Assembly (NCBI GenBank): GCA_963668625.2
Contig: CAXXKA010000001.1
Location: 544,001 to 608,000, forward strand
Source of the DNA: an uncultured candidate division Zixibacteria bacterium
GTDB lineage: Bacteria; Zixibacteria; MSB-5A5; UBA10806; 4484-95
Length of the DNA stretch: 64,000 nt
Direction: 5' to 3'
The translations under genes and the position numbers were made by a program. Below the pieces are notes generated by a model. The model was not told the DNA's origin. It searched no databases and was given only the letters and a program-made list of their open reading frames with translations. Positions 61,540 to 64,000 of the stretch are shown here, piece after piece (position 1 is the stretch's first letter; every line of letters starts with the position of its first letter).

Positions 61540-62730
61540 CTACTCAGCCTGCCAACCTACGGGAAAACCGAACATGGAATTGCTTTCTGTCGCTTCCTTC
61601 AAAATTAAACGAGAGATTACTATTCGCTGAACCTCCGAGGTGCCCTCGCCGATTTCATCGAGTTTGACATCACGCCACATGCGCTCAACCGGGAACTTAT
61701 CGGTCAGGCCGACCTCGCCTAAAATACCGATAGCAGTCCAGCAGACAAAGGTGCCGACCTCGGCTGCGTAAAGTTTCGCCATCGCCGACTCTTTGCTGAA
61801 CCGCTTGCCGGAGTCTTTGAGTACCGCCGAGTGATATACCAGGTGACGGGCTGCCTGTATCTGAGTGGCCATGTCTGCCAGCTTGAAAGCGATAGACTGC
61901 TGATTCGATAAATCCGGTTTCAGAGCGGCATATTTCACCGCCACATCAAAAGCGCCCTGGGCCAGCCCAAGCGCCATAGAGGCTATCGATACCCGGCCGC
62001 CGTCGAGGGTGATCATGAACTGCTTGAATCCGTGCCCTTCCTCGCCTAGCCTGTCGGATTCGGGAACGATCAAATCATCAAAGTGAAGAAACCGGGTGTC
62101 GGAGCCGCGAAGCCCCAGCTTGTTCTCTTTTTTGCCAGAGGAGAAACCCTCAGTACCGGCCTTTACGATAAACGAGGAGATACCCTTGGTGCCGCCCTCA
62201 CGAGAGGTGCGGGCGGTAAATATAGCGGTATCACATATCCCGGCGCAGGTGATCCAGCACTTGGTGCCGTTCACCTTGTAGCCGTTATCGATTTTCTCGG
62301 CGAATGTCTTGGTACCACCGGCATCGGAACCAGCGCCCGGCTCTGTCAGGCCGAATGCCGCCAGCTTGCCGCCGGTGGTTATCTCCGGCAGGTATTTCTT
62401 GCGTTGCTCCTCGGTACCGAACTTGTAAATCGGGAAATTACCCAGCGAGTTGTGCGCCGCCACCGTGATTCCGGTAGAACCGCAAACACGCGATAACTCC
62501 TCGACCGCGATAGCGTAAGTTAACGTATCGGTGTAGGTACCGCCGTACTTTTTATCCACCTGCATTCCCAGCAGGCCGAGTTCGTTCAAGCGGGGGACAA
62601 TCTGGTCGGGGAAGACCTGGTCGTGATCGATTCGAGTGGCGTACGGCTGAACCTCCGATTCGGCAAACTCCCGGATTTTCATCCGGAAGTTTTCATGCTC
62701 ATCTGATGTCCAGGTTAGATTTTCATGCAT
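61540..62730 (-). CDS. Acyl-CoA dehydrogenase
   Basis: FGLTEPGAGSD, NGTKCWIT, LDGGR, IGEGTSEVQR. Confidence 0.95.
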   Translation of the reverse strand: MHENLTWTSDEHENFRMKIREFAESEVQPYATRIDHDQVFPDQIVPRLNELGLLGMQVDKKYGGTYTDTLTYAIAVEELSRVCGSTGITVAAHNSLGNFPIYKFGTEEQRKKYLPEITTGGKLAAFGLTEPGAGSDAGGTKTFAEKIDNGYKVNGTKCWITCAGICDTAIFTARTSREGGTKGISSFIVKAGTEGFSSGKKENKLGLRGSDTRFLHFDDLIVPESDRLGEEGHGFKQFMITLDGGRVSIASMALGLAQGAFDVAVKYAALKPDLSNQQSIAFKLADMATQIQAARHLVYHSAVLKDSGKRFSKESAMAKLYAAEVGTFVCWTAIGILGEVGLTDKFPVERMWRDVKLDEIGEGTSEVQRIVISRLILKEATESNSMFGFPVGWQAE

Positions 62731-62738
62731 AATGATAA

Positions 62739-63884
62739 CTATACTTTCTTGCCAAGGTTTCTGTAAATTACCATTCGTTGTGCCTCGGATGTACCCTCGT
62801 AAATCTCGGTCACCCTGGCATCACGGAAATACCTCTCGACCGCGTATTCTTTCACATAGCCGTAACCGCCATGAATCTGCACCGCCTGGTTGGCTACGAA
62901 ATTAGCGGTCTCGGAGGCGCAAAGCTTGGCCATGCTACAATACTTGGATGCGCGCCGCTCCTGATCTTTTAATACCGCCGCTTTATGTGTCAGGAGTCGA
63001 GCAGCCTCGATTTTCAACGCCATATCCGAGAGCTTGAACTGTATCGCCTGGAAATTAGCGATTGGTTGCCCGAATTGCTCGCGCTCGTGAGCGTACTTGT
63101 AGGCTTCCTCGAACGCGGCCTGGGCGATTCCGACAGCCTGGGCGGCGATACCGATACGGCCGTTATCCAGAAGGCTCAAGGCTATTTTGAATCCCTGGTT
63201 TTTTTCACCCAACAAACTCTCTTTCGGGATTTTACAATCCATGAAAGATACCTCGCGGGTATCTGATGCTTTCAAGCCCATTTTCTTTTCTTTTTGACCG
63301 ATCTTCAAGCCCGGGGCATCCTTTTCGACTATGAAACAGGAGATACCTTTCGAGCCGAGTGATTTATCGGTCTGGGCAAATACGATGAAAATACCGGCGA
63401 ATCCGGCAGAGGTAATAAACGCCTTGGTGCCGTTTAACACGTAACCATCCGCTGTTTCCTCGGCGAATGTCTTGAGCGAACCGGCATCGGTACCCGAGCC
63501 TGGTTCTGTCAGGCAATAGGCGCCGATGATTTCACCGGAGGCGAGCTTCTCTAGATATTTGTCTTTCTGGGAATCATTGCCGTGGCTTAAAATAGCGCAG
63601 CAAACCAACGAGTTGTGAACCGAAAGCCCAACCTCTACAGCCGCCGAGCCACGGGAAAGTTCCTCCATCGCGCAGGCATATGAGAGAGTGTCCAATTCCA
63701 GGCCGCCATATTTTTCCGGCAGAAGCATACCGAAATAACCCAATTCGGCCAATTCCCGGTAAATCTCCTCGGGCACTTTTTCTTCCTCGTCCATCTTCTC
63801 GGCGATCGGCATCAGCTTCTTCTCGGCGAACTCTCGCGCCGCCTCAGCCATCAATTGTTGATCTTCACCAAGATTAAAATCCAT
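62739..63884 (-). CDS. Acyl-CoA dehydrogenase (short-chain type)
   Basis: CLTEPGSGTD, REQFG, QIHGGYGY, IYEGTSE. Confidence 0.95.
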   Translation of the reverse strand: MDFNLGEDQQLMAEAAREFAEKKLMPIAEKMDEEEKVPEEIYRELAELGYFGMLLPEKYGGLELDTLSYACAMEELSRGSAAVEVGLSVHNSLVCCAILSHGNDSQKDKYLEKLASGEIIGAYCLTEPGSGTDAGSLKTFAEETADGYVLNGTKAFITSAGFAGIFIVFAQTDKSLGSKGISCFIVEKDAPGLKIGQKEKKMGLKASDTREVSFMDCKIPKESLLGEKNQGFKIALSLLDNGRIGIAAQAVGIAQAAFEEAYKYAHEREQFGQPIANFQAIQFKLSDMALKIEAARLLTHKAAVLKDQERRASKYCSMAKLCASETANFVANQAVQIHGGYGYVKEYAVERYFRDARVTEIYEGTSEAQRMVIYRNLGKKV

Positions 63885-64000
63885 TTATTCCATCCTTCAT
63901 TAAAATTGCTATTATGTTGAAAATCTTACTTGAATCTATAGCCGGGTATTCACTCATCATAGTGAAACAGAAACCCGACTTGCACTATTAATATCTAATT

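Overview
A mostly intact, roughly mid-GC bacterial chromosomal segment. The many secreted proteins ending in an NYPNPFN-type C-terminal sorting domain, a PorV/FadL-like barrel and the gene order suggest an FCB-affiliated lineage such as Zixibacteria; this is inference only. The housekeeping backbone is dinG, rsgA, rpsU-yqeY-cvpA-mutS2-dnaG-rpoD-like, a GH57 branching enzyme, split hldE (rfaE1/rfaE2), pepP-accB-pilT, accC-gcvH-gcvPA-(2 genes)-gcvPB, a thiolase and two acyl-CoA dehydrogenases. The best candidate for an undescribed system is an AT-rich cassette at 24.1-26.6 kb. It encodes a 106-aa protein ending in CPPYC, a ~7-TM membrane protein and a membrane-anchored PAS-LuxR regulator, followed by GTA..TAC boxes and a ~180-nt structured, terminator-ended RNA candidate. 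The layout is reminiscent of peptide quorum sensing with an RNA output (hypothesis). Mobile and repetitive DNA includes a RAYT with inverted REP arms, four ~98-bp REPIN-like elements, a 255-bp MITE with a 9-bp TSD, and an IS3 element that cleanly interrupts an 807-aa secreted protein. Also noted: a probable CTG start for rsgA, several leaderless-type promoters, an RpoD with a divergent region 3.0, and a frameshifted outer-membrane protein gene. No tRNA, rRNA or CRISPR array was seen. All calls were made by eye, with no database searches.
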